This document shows, piece by piece, positions 1 to 10,878 of a stretch of DNA of 64,000 nt (position 1 is its first letter; the number at the start of each line of letters is the position of its first letter). The DNA lies in assembly GCA_965220745.1 (NCBI GenBank), contig CBDCQT010000005.1:224001-288000 (forward strand), in the 5' to 3' direction. The notes beneath the pieces are model-generated. The model was not told where the DNA came from, made no database searches, and was given only the letters and a program-made list of their open reading frames with translations. The translations under genes and the position numbers were made by a program. The stretch comes from Alphaproteobacteria bacterium (GTDB lineage: Bacteria; Pseudomonadota; Alphaproteobacteria; UBA828).

Positions 1-651
1 GCGTGCGCGCTCACCGCACTATGGGCGAGCGTCGGCATCCGGCCAAGCGTGGTGGCCGGACAGGGCGCAGGCGAGATTGCGGCGGCACAGGCCGCCGGCG
101 TGTTCAGTCTGGAGGACGGGTTGCGACTGGCAGCGACCGGGAGCGAAACCGAGGCGGCGCTGGACGGCGTCGCGTTCGCCTCGCCGACGGTCGGCCTTGT
201 GAGCGGCCTCACCGGCCGCGTGATGGATCCGGATCAAGCTCTGGATAGGTTGTACTGGCACCGCCAGGCGGCGGGCGCTCCAATCGCAATCGACGGCTGC
301 GCCGAGACCCTGGCCGCCCTGGGCGTCGACGTCGTCATCGAGATCGGACGGGCCTCTGTGCTGGCGCCGCTGTTGGCAGAGGCTTGGCCGAAGACAGAGG
401 AAAACGCAGCGGCGCCAATGCTGTTGTCGAGCCAGCGAGAGTCGTCGGGTAGCGAAGAGGCGGCGGCAGGGCATGCCGACAGTACCTTCGTGGAGGCGGT
501 CGCCCGGGCCTACGAGGCGGGGCTCGGCGTGTCCTTCGCGGGGCTCTTCGCGGGTGAGACACGGCGACGCGTCTCCCTTCCAGGCTATCCGTTCCAGCGC
601 CGGCGCTTCTGGCTATCGAAGCCTGGGGTAAACCTAGCCGCGTCGGATTGA
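1..651 (+). CDS. 3' end of type I polyketide synthase: degenerate (inactive) acyltransferase domain plus post-AT linker; SupA-like; 5'-truncated by window
   Basis: Frame 1 is open from base 1: ...LWASVGIRPSVVAGQGAGEIAAAQAAGVFSLEDG...VIEIG...LPGYPFQRRRFWL. This is AT-domain architecture with the LPxYPFQR linker; the GHSxG motif reads GQGAG. Confidence 0.9.
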   Translation, partial: ACALTALWASVGIRPSVVAGQGAGEIAAAQAAGVFSLEDGLRLAATGSETEAALDGVAFASPTVGLVSGLTGRVMDPDQALDRLYWHRQAAGAPIAIDGCAETLAALGVDVVIEIGRASVLAPLLAEAWPKTEENAAAPMLLSSQRESSGSEEAAAGHADSTFVEAVARAYEAGLGVSFAGLFAGETRRRVSLPGYPFQRRRFWLSKPGVNLAASD

Positions 652-693
652 GCGCGCCGTCGAGCGTCGGCAGGGGTGCCGGTCACACGTGCG

Positions 694-1593
694 CTACGAG
701 AGGCCGTGCCGCTCCAGGAACTCGCGGGTCACCGCAACGCACTCCGCGGGCTTCTCCAGTTGCAGGAAGTGCGTCGCCTCGGGGATGAAATCGTAGTCCA
801 TGGCCGAGACGATTCGCTGGTCGAGCGTCGGCAGATACGCATGCGGCAGGGTGGGGTCGGCGCCGATAATCTTCGTTGGGCAGTCGAGCAGGTCGAGGTC
901 CAGCAGCGGGAAGAAGCTCCGGGCGTAATCCATCATCTGCGCTTCGTATTCGCGGGGGCAGCGAAGCTCATAGCCCTCACCGCTCGCGGACCCTCGGAGC
1001 GTCGTCCGGGCCATGAGCTCGTGTACGCCGGGAGCGGCCCGCTTGAAGGTCGGAAAGATTCCCAGAATCTCGATAAAGTCTTCCCGTCTCTTGAAGTGCT
1101 GTCCCCGCCGCCGAATCAGGGCTGCCCCGCGCTCGGCAGCGTCGTGAAGCTCCGTCTGACTCGCGCCGGGCCTGGTCAGGGGCGGATCGAACAGGACCAA
1201 CGCCGAATAGAGTTTGCTGAACGAGAGCAGCGTCACGACCGTGGTGAGCGAGTGAAAGATGCCAACGGTCGGCTTGCTTCCATGGGTACGATCGATGGTC
1301 TCGAGAATGATGTCGTGATCGCGAATCATGGTCGGAACATTGTGATCCGTCTGGGCGCCGACGCTGTTCCAACCGTGGTTCCTGAGGTCGTAGACCATCA
1401 GGTCGAAGTCGTCCGCGAGCAGAGACCAGAACGGATAGTAGAGATCGGCGGCGAGACCGCTGCCGTGGCTCAGGACGATTCTGAGGCCCGACGGATTGCC
1501 GTGCCGCCGCACCGTGGTGGTGGTATCGGCGTCAAGGCGGACATCCAGCGTTGAAAGGGGCTGGGGTATCTCCCAAACCGCTTCTGTCGTCAT
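694..1593 (-). CDS. alpha/beta-fold hydrolase (SupD/E-like)
   Basis: SHGSG oxyanion motif, YDLRNHG, nucleophile elbow FHSLT, C-terminal THFLQLE His. Confidence 0.85.
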   Translation of the reverse strand: MTTEAVWEIPQPLSTLDVRLDADTTTTVRRHGNPSGLRIVLSHGSGLAADLYYPFWSLLADDFDLMVYDLRNHGWNSVGAQTDHNVPTMIRDHDIILETIDRTHGSKPTVGIFHSLTTVVTLLSFSKLYSALVLFDPPLTRPGASQTELHDAAERGAALIRRRGQHFKRREDFIEILGIFPTFKRAAPGVHELMARTTLRGSASGEGYELRCPREYEAQMMDYARSFFPLLDLDLLDCPTKIIGADPTLPHAYLPTLDQRIVSAMDYDFIPEATHFLQLEKPAECVAVTREFLERHGLS

Positions 1594-1735
1594 GGCAGAG
1601 GGCCGGGTTTCCTCCCGACGCCGGGCTTTGAACGGAGACGCAACATGGGCCGAATTTAGCTACGGCCAGTGCCGGAATTGCCGGCGCCCCCGCGTTTGGA
1701 GGCGGCCGGCCGTGCTCACTTGGCGCCGGAAAGCA

Positions 1736-1966
1736 TCACCCGGCGCGGGCATCGATATACGTCACAAGCTCCCGTAACGTATTGAACTGCAAGCAGTCCT
1801 CCGCAACCATGTTCAGGCTGAACTCTTGATTGACCGCCTTGTAAAACGCGACCGCATCCACCGAAGAGACCCCGGCGTCACTGAACGGCCGATCGAAATC
1901 TGGATCGTGATCCAGGTCGAAGCTGTCGTTGATGATTGTCCGCAGGCGGGTTTCCGTTGACGACAT
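1736..1966 (-). CDS. stand-alone acyl carrier protein (SupB-like)
   Basis: 76 aa, acidic, DAGVSSVDAV Ppant site, C-terminal TLRELVTYID; GGGAGA RBS 8 nt upstream of the ATG at 1966. Confidence 0.85.
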   Translation of the reverse strand: MSSTETRLRTIINDSFDLDHDPDFDRPFSDAGVSSVDAVAFYKAVNQEFSLNMVAEDCLQFNTLRELVTYIDARAG

Positions 1967-2284
1967 GCGCATAGTCTCCCTGTCTTTAAGAGCTGAAAGT
2001 GAGACCCCACACGGGGCTCAAGAGTGTACAGGTGCGATTGCATCGACACCATCGCCGAAACGGAAGGCGCCGCGCAACAACTGCACCTTATTAGGCGTCG
2101 ATTATGCCGATTCGGTCAAGCCTTGCCGCAACGTTTGTCTTCGAGGAACCACGCTGCAACTTCACGGCGGGATACTTGGAACTGATGGGGCGCCTTGCGG
2201 AGCGCGAGGGGGAGGCCGATGAAGACCGTCATGGGCGAGAAGTAGTGGGCGGAAAAAACTCGACATAGGTACGCACCCACTGCG

Positions 2285-3004
2285 CTACAAGCCGCTGCTC
2301 TGAGAAGGCACCCTGTAGGCCAGCGCGGCGGCGAAATGGGGCTCTCCCAGGTCCAGGAGCCGCCATTCGCTCTCCGGCGCGTGCGGAAAGCGAAACGAAC
2401 CCGTCCAGTCGCCCCGCTGCATCGCCTCCGGGATTTCGAATCGCGACGGGCTTAGAGAAAATCCGGCGCCGATGGCCTTGATCAGCGCCTCCTTCATGCT
2501 CCACAGGCGATAGAAGAGATGGATCTTTTCCCGACCCGCGGCGGCGGCCAGCAGTCGCCGCTCCGCTGGGCCGTAGACCAGGCTGCCGATGCCTTCCAGG
2601 TCGCGCTGCGCGACGCGCTCCTCCACATCGACGCCGATCCCGCCGTGCGCGGCGATCACGATCAAGCCGTGCCTGCCGCTGTGGCTGACGTTGAAGCCGA
2701 TTTCCACACACGCGCCATTGATCCTGGCGAAGGGTTTACCGTGTTCGCCGTAGCCGAAGGAGAGGGCGCGGTCTTCGCAGCCCAGCCGCTCGCAGAGACT
2801 GACGCGCAGCGCCGCACGGCAGAGGGCGTACTCCCGCCGGGCGCGCTCCGACAGGAAGCGGCGCCAGCGTGCCTCCTCGTCATCGTCTAGCAGCGAAAGG
2901 GCGCGGGCCTCGCGCTCCGCATCCGGCGTGAGGTCCACGTGGAGGATCGTCGCGCCGTCGACCTCGCGCCAGGGACTCCACCAGGGGTTGGCCGATTTCG
3001 TCAT
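2285..3004 (-). CDS. Sfp-type 4'-phosphopantetheinyl transferase (SupC-like)
   Basis: GKP, FNVSHS, IGVDVE and WSMKEALIKAIG motifs. Confidence 0.93.
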   Translation of the reverse strand: MTKSANPWWSPWREVDGATILHVDLTPDAEREARALSLLDDDEEARWRRFLSERARREYALCRAALRVSLCERLGCEDRALSFGYGEHGKPFARINGACVEIGFNVSHSGRHGLIVIAAHGGIGVDVEERVAQRDLEGIGSLVYGPAERRLLAAAAGREKIHLFYRLWSMKEALIKAIGAGFSLSPSRFEIPEAMQRGDWTGSFRFPHAPESEWRLLDLGEPHFAAALAYRVPSQSSGL

Positions 3005-3080
3005 CGCCAAAGGCGGTGTCTAGTAGCGGCAGACACCTCCGCCGCCATCGACGGCCGAGGCGTGGCTCGGAAGACTCGTC

Positions 3081-3707
3081 TCAGCCGGCGGGCTCGCCCC
3101 CGTAGAGCCACGGCTGGGCCGCTTTCTGCTTCGCCTCGAAGGCGTCGATCTCGGCGCCCTTGGCCATGGTGATGCCGATGTCGTCGAGCCCGTTCAGCAG
3201 CCGGTGCTTGCGGAAGGGCTCGATCTCGAAGCCGACGGTCTCGCCGTTCGAGCGCGTGACGGTTTGCGCCTCCAGATCGACCGTCATCCGGCAGGTCTGG
3301 GAATTGCTGGCGTCGTCCATCAGCAGGTTCGCATCGTCTTCCGGCAGCGGGATCAGCAGGATCCCGTTCTTGACGCAGTTGTTGAAGAAGATGTCGGCGA
3401 AGCTCGGCGCGATCACGCAACGGATGCCGAAGTCCTCCAGCGCCCAGGGCGCGTGCTCGCGGCTGGAGCCGCAACCGAAGTTCTGGCCCGCGATCAGGAT
3501 GCTGGCCTCGCGCCAGGGCTCCCGGTTGAGGACGAAGTCCGGGAGCTCCTTGTCCTCCATGTCGTAGCGGAAATCGTGGAAGAGGCCCTTGCCGAGTCCG
3601 GCGCGGCTTATCGCCGTGAGGTATTGCTTCGGAATCAGCTGGTCGGTGTCGACGTTGATCATCGGCAGCGCCGCCGCCGGGCCGGAGAGGGTCGTGAATG
3701 TCCGCAT
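3081..3707 (-). CDS. leuD: 3-isopropylmalate dehydratase small subunit
   Basis: [33 protein letters not shown]. Confidence 0.97.
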   Translation of the reverse strand: MRTFTTLSGPAAALPMINVDTDQLIPKQYLTAISRAGLGKGLFHDFRYDMEDKELPDFVLNREPWREASILIAGQNFGCGSSREHAPWALEDFGIRCVIAPSFADIFFNNCVKNGILLIPLPEDDANLLMDDASNSQTCRMTVDLEAQTVTRSNGETVGFEIEPFRKHRLLNGLDDIGITMAKGAEIDAFEAKQKAAQPWLYGGEPAG

Positions 3708-3719
3708 GACCGGCCCTCC

Positions 3720-5138
<1,419 letters not shown>

Positions 5139-5169
5139 CGGTGTCCTCCCGCGGCGATGGCCGGCGTGC

Positions 5170-5586
5170 TCAGTCCTCGGACGCGGCGGTCTCCTCCGCC
5201 TTGGCGGTGGCCTTCTTCGCGCCGCGATCGTCGCGCTTCTCCCGGATGCGCGCCGACTTGCCGCGCCGGCCGCGCAGGTAATAGAGCTTGGCACGGCGCA
5301 CCGCCCCCCGCTTCACCACCTCGATCTGCGCGATGCGCGGCGAATGCAGCGGGAAGACCCGCTCCACCCCCTCGCCGTAGGAAATCTTGCGGACGGTGAA
5401 GGAGGAGTTGAGGCTGCGGTTTCGCCGGGCAATGCAGACGCCCTCGAACACCTGCACCCGCTCGCGCGAGCCTTCCACCACCTTGACGTGGACGCGGAGG
5501 GTGTCGCCGGGGCCAAAGGTCGGAACCTCCCGCTCTTCCTGGAGCTTCTCCACGGCCTCGGCATTCAACTGCTCGATCATGTTCAC
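5170..5586 (-). CDS. rplS: 50S ribosomal protein L19
   Basis: [47 protein letters not shown]. Confidence 0.98.
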   Translation of the reverse strand: MNMIEQLNAEAVEKLQEEREVPTFGPGDTLRVHVKVVEGSRERVQVFEGVCIARRNRSLNSSFTVRKISYGEGVERVFPLHSPRIAQIEVVKRGAVRRAKLYYLRGRRGKSARIREKRDDRGAKKATAKAEETAASED

Positions 5587-5613
5587 GGCACTATCCTCGC
5601 GATCTCAGGCGCG

Positions 5614-6351
5614 TTATCGACGCGCCTGGTGGCGCGCCCACAGGTCGGCGCGCCGCGTTCTGGTCACATGTTCCGCCTGGGCACGGCGCCAAGCGTCGAT
5701 GGCGGCGTGATCGCCGGAGAGAAGCACCTCCGGCACCGCACGGCCTTCGAAAAGGCGGGGGCGGGTGTACTGCGGATATTCCAGCAGGTCGTCCTCAAAA
5801 CTCTCCTCGACCAGTGACGAGGGCCGGCCGACCACGCCAGGCAGCAGGCGCACGCAAGCGTCGATCACCGCCATTGCCGCGATCTCCCCGCCCGACAGGA
5901 CGTAGTCGCCGACGCTGAGCTCGGCAACGCCTCGGCCTTCCAGCACACGCTCGTCGACTCCTTCGAAACGGCCGCAAATCAGCATCACGCCGGGGCCGTC
6001 CGCCAATGCCTTCACCTGCTCCTGGGTCAGCGGGGCACCGCGCGGCGAGAGCAGGAAGCGCGGTGCGCCACCCTCCGCCGGCCCAACCGAATCGATGGCC
6101 GCTGCCAGGACATCGGGGCGCATGACCATACCCGCCCCTCCGCCGAACGGGTGATCGTCGACGGTGCCGTGTTTATCGCGCGCGAAGCGGCGGATGTCCA
6201 CCGTTTCCAGCCGCCAAAGGCCGGAATCGAGGCCGCGGCCGGCGAGCGCGGCCCCAAGCGGCCCGGGAAAGACCTCGGGATAGAGGGTGAGCACGTGGAC
6301 GCTCCAGGGCCGGGCACCCGATCGCCCGCTTTCGTGCCGGGCCTCGGTCAC
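5614..6351 (-). CDS. trmD: tRNA (guanine37-N1)-methyltransferase
   Basis: [46 protein letters not shown]. Confidence 0.97.
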   Translation of the reverse strand: MTEARHESGRSGARPWSVHVLTLYPEVFPGPLGAALAGRGLDSGLWRLETVDIRRFARDKHGTVDDHPFGGGAGMVMRPDVLAAAIDSVGPAEGGAPRFLLSPRGAPLTQEQVKALADGPGVMLICGRFEGVDERVLEGRGVAELSVGDYVLSGGEIAAMAVIDACVRLLPGVVGRPSSLVEESFEDDLLEYPQYTRPRLFEGRAVPEVLLSGDHAAIDAWRRAQAEHVTRTRRADLWARHQARR

Positions 6352-6926
6352 GGCCCTTCCTCCGGGGCGGCAACGACCATGCGGCCGGCCTCGATGTCGA
6401 TGGCCGGCACGTGCTCCCGCGTGAAGGGGACGAGGGTAGAGGGCCCGTCGGGCGGCTGAATCTCGACGATGGGCCCGGCGCCGTGGTCGTGAACGGCGCT
6501 CACGCGACCCAAGGCGGTGCCATCCTCGCTTTCCGCCCGGAGGCCGAGGAGATCGACGTGGTAGTACTCCTCGCCCTCGGTCGGCGGCAGTGCCGCCCGC
6601 GGGACGTAGAGGTCCGTGCCGCGCAGCGCCTCTGCCGCGTCGCGGTCGTCAATGCCCTCGACGCGGGCAAGCACGAGGCCCTTCACGTGCCCCGTCACCG
6701 TGACCGTGAGGCGCTGGGTACCGGCCTCGTCGCTGAGTGCGCCGTAAGCGGTGAGGTCGTCCGGATTCGCCGTATGGCTCTTGATGCGCACGATGCCGCG
6801 CACACCATGGGCGCCCACGATGCGCCCGAGACAGACCGTCCCCGCCCGCCGCGTCGCAGCCTCCGCAGGTGCAGCAGCCGCGGCGGGTGCGGCCTCAGCC
6901 CTCGGCCTTCTCTTCGCCCTCGCCAT
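6348..6926 (-). CDS. rimM: 16S rRNA processing protein RimM
   Basis: [20 protein letters not shown], lies between rpsP and trmD; start uncertain. Confidence 0.93.
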   Translation of the reverse strand: MARAKRRPRAEAAPAAAAAPAEAATRRAGTVCLGRIVGAHGVRGIVRIKSHTANPDDLTAYGALSDEAGTQRLTVTVTGHVKGLVLARVEGIDDRDAAEALRGTDLYVPRAALPPTEGEEYYHVDLLGLRAESEDGTALGRVSAVHDHGAGPIVEIQPPDGPSTLVPFTREHVPAIDIEAGRMVVAAPEEGP

Positions 6927-7467
6927 CGTCTGTGCCGGCCTCCGCCGAGGCGGCCTCCTCAGCGGGCGCCTCTTCGGCAGCGGCGTCCTCGGTAGGCGCG
7001 GCTTCCTCAGCAGGTGCCTCTTCGGCAGCGGCCTCCTCCGGAGCAGCCTCTTCGGCAGCAGCTTCCTCAGGAGGGGCCTCCTCGGCGACGGGTTCCGGGG
7101 GAGTCTCCGCCTCGGCCTCGGCCGCCGCCTTGGCCTTCTCGGCGCGTGCCGCCTGGCGCTCCAGGGCCTTCGCTCTGGGCTGGCCCTTCTGCGGGTTGTT
7201 GCGCTGCGCCGGCATCGGGATGATCTCGGCGGCGCCGAGGAATCGCGCCACGCGATCCGAGGGCAGAGCGCCGACGCCGAGCCAATGGCGAATGCGCTCC
7301 TCGTTAAGGCGCACGCGCTCGGGATGGTCCTTGGGCAGCATCGGGTCGTAGGTCCCGAGCCTTTCCAGGAAGCGGCCGTCGCGCGGGCTGCGGGTGTCGG
7401 CCACGACCACGCGGTAGAACGGGCGCTTCTTGGCGCCAGCGCGGGACAGGCGAATTTTCAGTGACAT
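6895..7467 (-). CDS. rpsP: 30S ribosomal protein S16 with long acidic C-terminal tail
   Basis: [40 protein letters not shown]. Confidence 0.97.
   Translation of the reverse strand: MSLKIRLSRAGAKKRPFYRVVVADTRSPRDGRFLERLGTYDPMLPKDHPERVRLNEERIRHWLGVGALPSDRVARFLGAAEIIPMPAQRNNPQKGQPRAKALERQAARAEKAKAAAEAEAETPPEPVAEEAPPEEAAAEEAAPEEAAAEEAPAEEAAPTEDAAAEEAPAEEAASAEAGTDDGEGEEKAEG
6945..7090 (-). repeat. imperfect 15-bp tandem repeat encoding (E-E/D-A-A/P-x)n in the S16 tail
   Basis: Recurring gcctcttcggcagc / gcttcctcag units with 15-nt period; boundaries approximate. Confidence 0.75.
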
Positions 7468-7500
7468 GCTCTCTCCAGTCTCCTTGTGGGCTACCTGTGA

Positions 7501-8856
7501 TCAGCGGGGCGGCATGATGCCGGGCATCCCGGCCCGCATCAGGCCCTTCTCGCCCAGCTTGCCGGCCCGCTTCATCATGACGTTCATCTGCTTGACCTGC
7601 TTCAGCAGGCGGTTGATGTCCTGCACGGTGGTGCCCGAGCCGCCCGCGATGCGCCGCTTGCGCGAGCTGTTGAGCAGCTTGGGGTTGCTCCGCTCGGCCG
7701 GTGTCATCGAATCGATGATCGCCTGCTGGCGGTCGAGCATCTTGATGTCGACATTGGCCTCGGCGAGCTGGCGCTTGACCTTGCCCACCCCCGGCAGCAT
7801 GCCGAGCAGGCCCTCCATGCCGCCCATCTTGCGGACCTGCTGGATCTGCTTGGACAGGTCGTTGAGGTCGAAGCCGCCTTTCTTGGCCTTGCGGACCAGG
7901 CGCTCGGCCTCGTCCTGCTCGATCGTCTCCTGCGCCCGCTCGACCAGGGAGACCACGTCGCCCATGCCGAGGATGCGCGACGCGATCCGGTCCGGATGGA
8001 AGGGCTCGATGGCGTCGAGCTTCTCGCCGACTCCGATCAGCTTGATGGGGCAGCCGGTGACCGCACGCATGCTGAGCGCGGCACCGCCCCGTCCGTCGCC
8101 GTCGACGCGGGTCAGCGCGATGCCGGTTAGGCCGATCCGCTCGTGGAAGGCGCTGGCGACGTTGACCGCGTCCTGGCCGGTCAGCGCATCGGCGACCAGC
8201 AGGGTCTCCGCCGGCACCGTCACGTCGCGCACGGCGGCGCACTCTGCCATCAGCTCCTCGTCCACGTGGAGCCGGCCGGCGGTATCCAGCAGGACCACGT
8301 CGTGGCCCTCCTGGGCGGCGGACTTCATGGCGCGCCGGGCGATCCCGACCGCGCGCTCGCCGGGGATCACCGGCAGCACATCAACCTCGGCCTGCACTGC
8401 GAGCGTCGCGAGCTGCTCCATGGCCGCAGGCCGACTGGTGTCGAGCGAGGCCATCAGCACCCTCTTCTTGTGGCTCACGCGCAGGAAGAGGCCGAGCTTG
8501 GCCGTCGTGGTGGTCTTGCCCGAGCCCTGCAGGCCCACCATGAGCACGGCGGCAGGCGGGGTGGCCGCAGCAATGCCGATCTCGGCGGTCTCGCCGCCCA
8601 ACATCTCGATCAGGTGATCGTTCACGATCTTGATCACCTGCTGGCCCGGCGCCACGCTCTTCAGCACGTCGGCGCCGACCGCCTTCTCGCTGACGGCCGC
8701 GATGAAGTCCTTAACGACGGGCAGCGCGACATCGGCCTCGAGCAGGGCGATGCGCACGTCGCGGAGTGCGGCGCTCACGTCCGCCTCGCTCAGCGCGCCG
8801 CGCCGCGTCAGCGTCTCGAAGACCCCGTTCAGCCTGCCGGACAGACTATCGAACAC
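7501..8856 (-). CDS. ffh: signal recognition particle protein Ffh
   Basis: GLQGSGKTTT, DTAGR, DGDGRGGAALS, RILGMGD, Met-rich M domain; GTG start at 8856. Confidence 0.97.
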   Translation of the reverse strand: MFDSLSGRLNGVFETLTRRGALSEADVSAALRDVRIALLEADVALPVVKDFIAAVSEKAVGADVLKSVAPGQQVIKIVNDHLIEMLGGETAEIGIAAATPPAAVLMVGLQGSGKTTTTAKLGLFLRVSHKKRVLMASLDTSRPAAMEQLATLAVQAEVDVLPVIPGERAVGIARRAMKSAAQEGHDVVLLDTAGRLHVDEELMAECAAVRDVTVPAETLLVADALTGQDAVNVASAFHERIGLTGIALTRVDGDGRGGAALSMRAVTGCPIKLIGVGEKLDAIEPFHPDRIASRILGMGDVVSLVERAQETIEQDEAERLVRKAKKGGFDLNDLSKQIQQVRKMGGMEGLLGMLPGVGKVKRQLAEANVDIKMLDRQQAIIDSMTPAERSNPKLLNSSRKRRIAGGSGTTVQDINRLLKQVKQMNVMMKRAGKLGEKGLMRAGMPGIMPPR

Positions 8857-8990
8857 GCCGTTCTCCCGCTCCAACCGTCGTCGCGCCGGCGCGCGACACT
8901 CGCGGACCGGCGTCCCTCCTCGAAGGGTGGCCTGTTACAACCTCTCGAAGCGCGCGGACCCTAAGCCCGCGCTCGCACCGGGTCAAGGCG

Positions 8991-9866
8991 CTACGCTGGC
9001 CCGGACCAACCGCGAACCTCAGCGCTCTCATTGTCGGTCGCGCTCGGATTCCATGTCACCGGCGCGCCTAGCGGCGAGTCGGCGGAGTCCGCTTGCCCGT
9101 GGGTCACGCGATCGAAGACCTCGCGGTAGTTCGGATGCTCCGTGCCGGCCAGACGATCCCACCAGGTGAAATAGAGGCCGTAATTGTAGCCCCTGGAGCT
9201 GTGATGAAGGTCGTGATGGGTGTTCGTGGTCAAGACACCGAGCACCGCATGCGCCGGCACGCCCCGCGGAAACAGCTCGAAGCCGCTGTGGCCGATGACG
9301 TTGCGGGCGATCATGTGAAGCATGAAGAGGTATATGACCGTGACGTGCAGCGGCAGGACAAAGATCAGGATTGTCAGGAAGATCGCCTGAATCACGGCCT
9401 CCGCGGGCGCGAAGGCGTAAGCCGCCCAGGGCGACGGGCTGTGCGATTCATGATGCAGCCGGTGGAACCGATCGAACAGGCGCGGATGGTGCATCAGGCG
9501 ATGCGTCCAATAGAAATAGGCATCGTGAAGCACGATGGTCACCGCCAGACTGAAGAGGCCGTAGAGCCAGCCGTAATCCGCGAAGTCCGTGTAAATCAGC
9601 GTCCAGCCGTTCGCCATCGAGACGTAGATGAAGACGCCGTTGAGCGCGAAGATAAACGCCGTGAAAAGCGAATAGATTACCTCGCGCCGGATCGCGTGGG
9701 ACGGTGCGAAGCCAGGCTGGATCTTGCGCCCGCGGAAGGGATTACCCTTCCAGACCCAGAGAGCGAGAAACGCGCCGCTCGCCGGAACGACGATGAGCAG
9801 AACGTGCACACCGAGAATCGTGGGCCACACCGGCCAGGCCGCGATCAGGTCGTCGAAAGCGGCCAT
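8991..9866 (-). CDS. sterol desaturase / fatty acid hydroxylase superfamily protein
   Basis: His boxes HDAYFYWTHRLMHH, HRLHH, HSG and HHDLHH; NYGLYFTWWDRLAGT. Confidence 0.9.
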   Translation of the reverse strand: MAAFDDLIAAWPVWPTILGVHVLLIVVPASGAFLALWVWKGNPFRGRKIQPGFAPSHAIRREVIYSLFTAFIFALNGVFIYVSMANGWTLIYTDFADYGWLYGLFSLAVTIVLHDAYFYWTHRLMHHPRLFDRFHRLHHESHSPSPWAAYAFAPAEAVIQAIFLTILIFVLPLHVTVIYLFMLHMIARNVIGHSGFELFPRGVPAHAVLGVLTTNTHHDLHHSSRGYNYGLYFTWWDRLAGTEHPNYREVFDRVTHGQADSADSPLGAPVTWNPSATDNESAEVRGWSGPA

Positions 9867-10017
9867 GACTGTCCTGCTTCTTTGAGTATGGAAACCGCGT
9901 CGTGCGGCACGGGCGGCGGACGTGCCTTCCCCGGTGACGAGGTTGGCCGGCGGAACCTTAGCCTACGCGGCGACGGTTAGCCATGCGACGACAACGAGGG
10001 TGACTCTCCAGGCTGCT

Positions 10018-10878
10018 TCACGCGCCCAGGAAGAGCCGGCCGACCTCCGGGTCTTCGAGGAGGGCGTCGCCGGGGCCGGCCATGGCGAGCCGGCCCGAGA
10101 CGAGCACGTAGCCGATATCGGCGAACTCCAGCCCCTTCTTGGCGTTCTGCTCCACCATCACGATGGTCTTGCCGTCGCGGCGCTGCAGGTCGGCCAGAAT
10201 CTCGAAAACCATGTCGATGAAGCGGGGCTCCAGCCCGATGGAGGGCTCGTCCACCAGCAGCACGTCCGGCTCCATGATCAGCGCGCGCGAGATTTCGAGC
10301 AGCCGGCGCTCGCCGCCGGAGAGCACGCCGGCCCTGCGGTGACGGCGCTGGGCGAGCCTCTCGTAGCGGTCGAACACGCGCTCGGCTGCCCGCCTGGCGG
10401 CGCTCCGCCGGTCGAGCAGGAAACCTCCCATCAGCAGGTTTTCTTCGACCGTCATGTCGGGGAAAACGGAGTTGTCCTGCAGCACGTAGGCCACGCCCGC
10501 GTCGGAGAGGCGGCGGCTGGAAGCGAGGCGGGTGACGTCCTTCGAGCCCACCTGGATGCTGCCGGCCATCACGTCGGAGAAGCCGAAGACGGCGTGGAGC
10601 ACGGTGGACTTGCCGGCGCCGTTGGGTCCGATAAGGCAGAGCGACTGGCCCCGCCCGGCCACGAGGTCGATGCCGTGGAGGATCTCCATGCGGCCGTAGC
10701 CCGCGCGCAAGCCTCGGATGTCGATGGCGGGCTCGCCCTCGACGAGCGCCTGCAGGTCTTCCCGCGACGGCCCTTCGCCGGCGAACTCGCGCGCGGCCTC
10801 CTCCACCGCGTCCACCGAAAGCGCGGTCTCGAAGTCCATCGCCACGTCGGTGCCGGGGCCGGGCGGCGTCACGGCCAT
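10018..10878 (-). CDS. branched-chain amino acid-type ABC ATPase (LivF-like)
   Basis: GPNGAGKST, LSGGERR, LVDEPSIGL, VEQN. Confidence 0.92.
   Translation of the reverse strand: MAVTPPGPGTDVAMDFETALSVDAVEEAAREFAGEGPSREDLQALVEGEPAIDIRGLRAGYGRMEILHGIDLVAGRGQSLCLIGPNGAGKSTVLHAVFGFSDVMAGSIQVGSKDVTRLASSRRLSDAGVAYVLQDNSVFPDMTVEENLLMGGFLLDRRSAARRAAERVFDRYERLAQRRHRRAGVLSGGERRLLEISRALIMEPDVLLVDEPSIGLEPRFIDMVFEILADLQRRDGKTIVMVEQNAKKGLEFADIGYVLVSGRLAMAGPGDALLEDPEVGRLFLGA

Noticed and set aside
2030-2060. GGCGATGGTGT on the minus strand resembling a fluoride riboswitch start
   Set aside because: The complementary CGCC and the downstream conserved elements are missing, and the gene context (ACP) does not fit.
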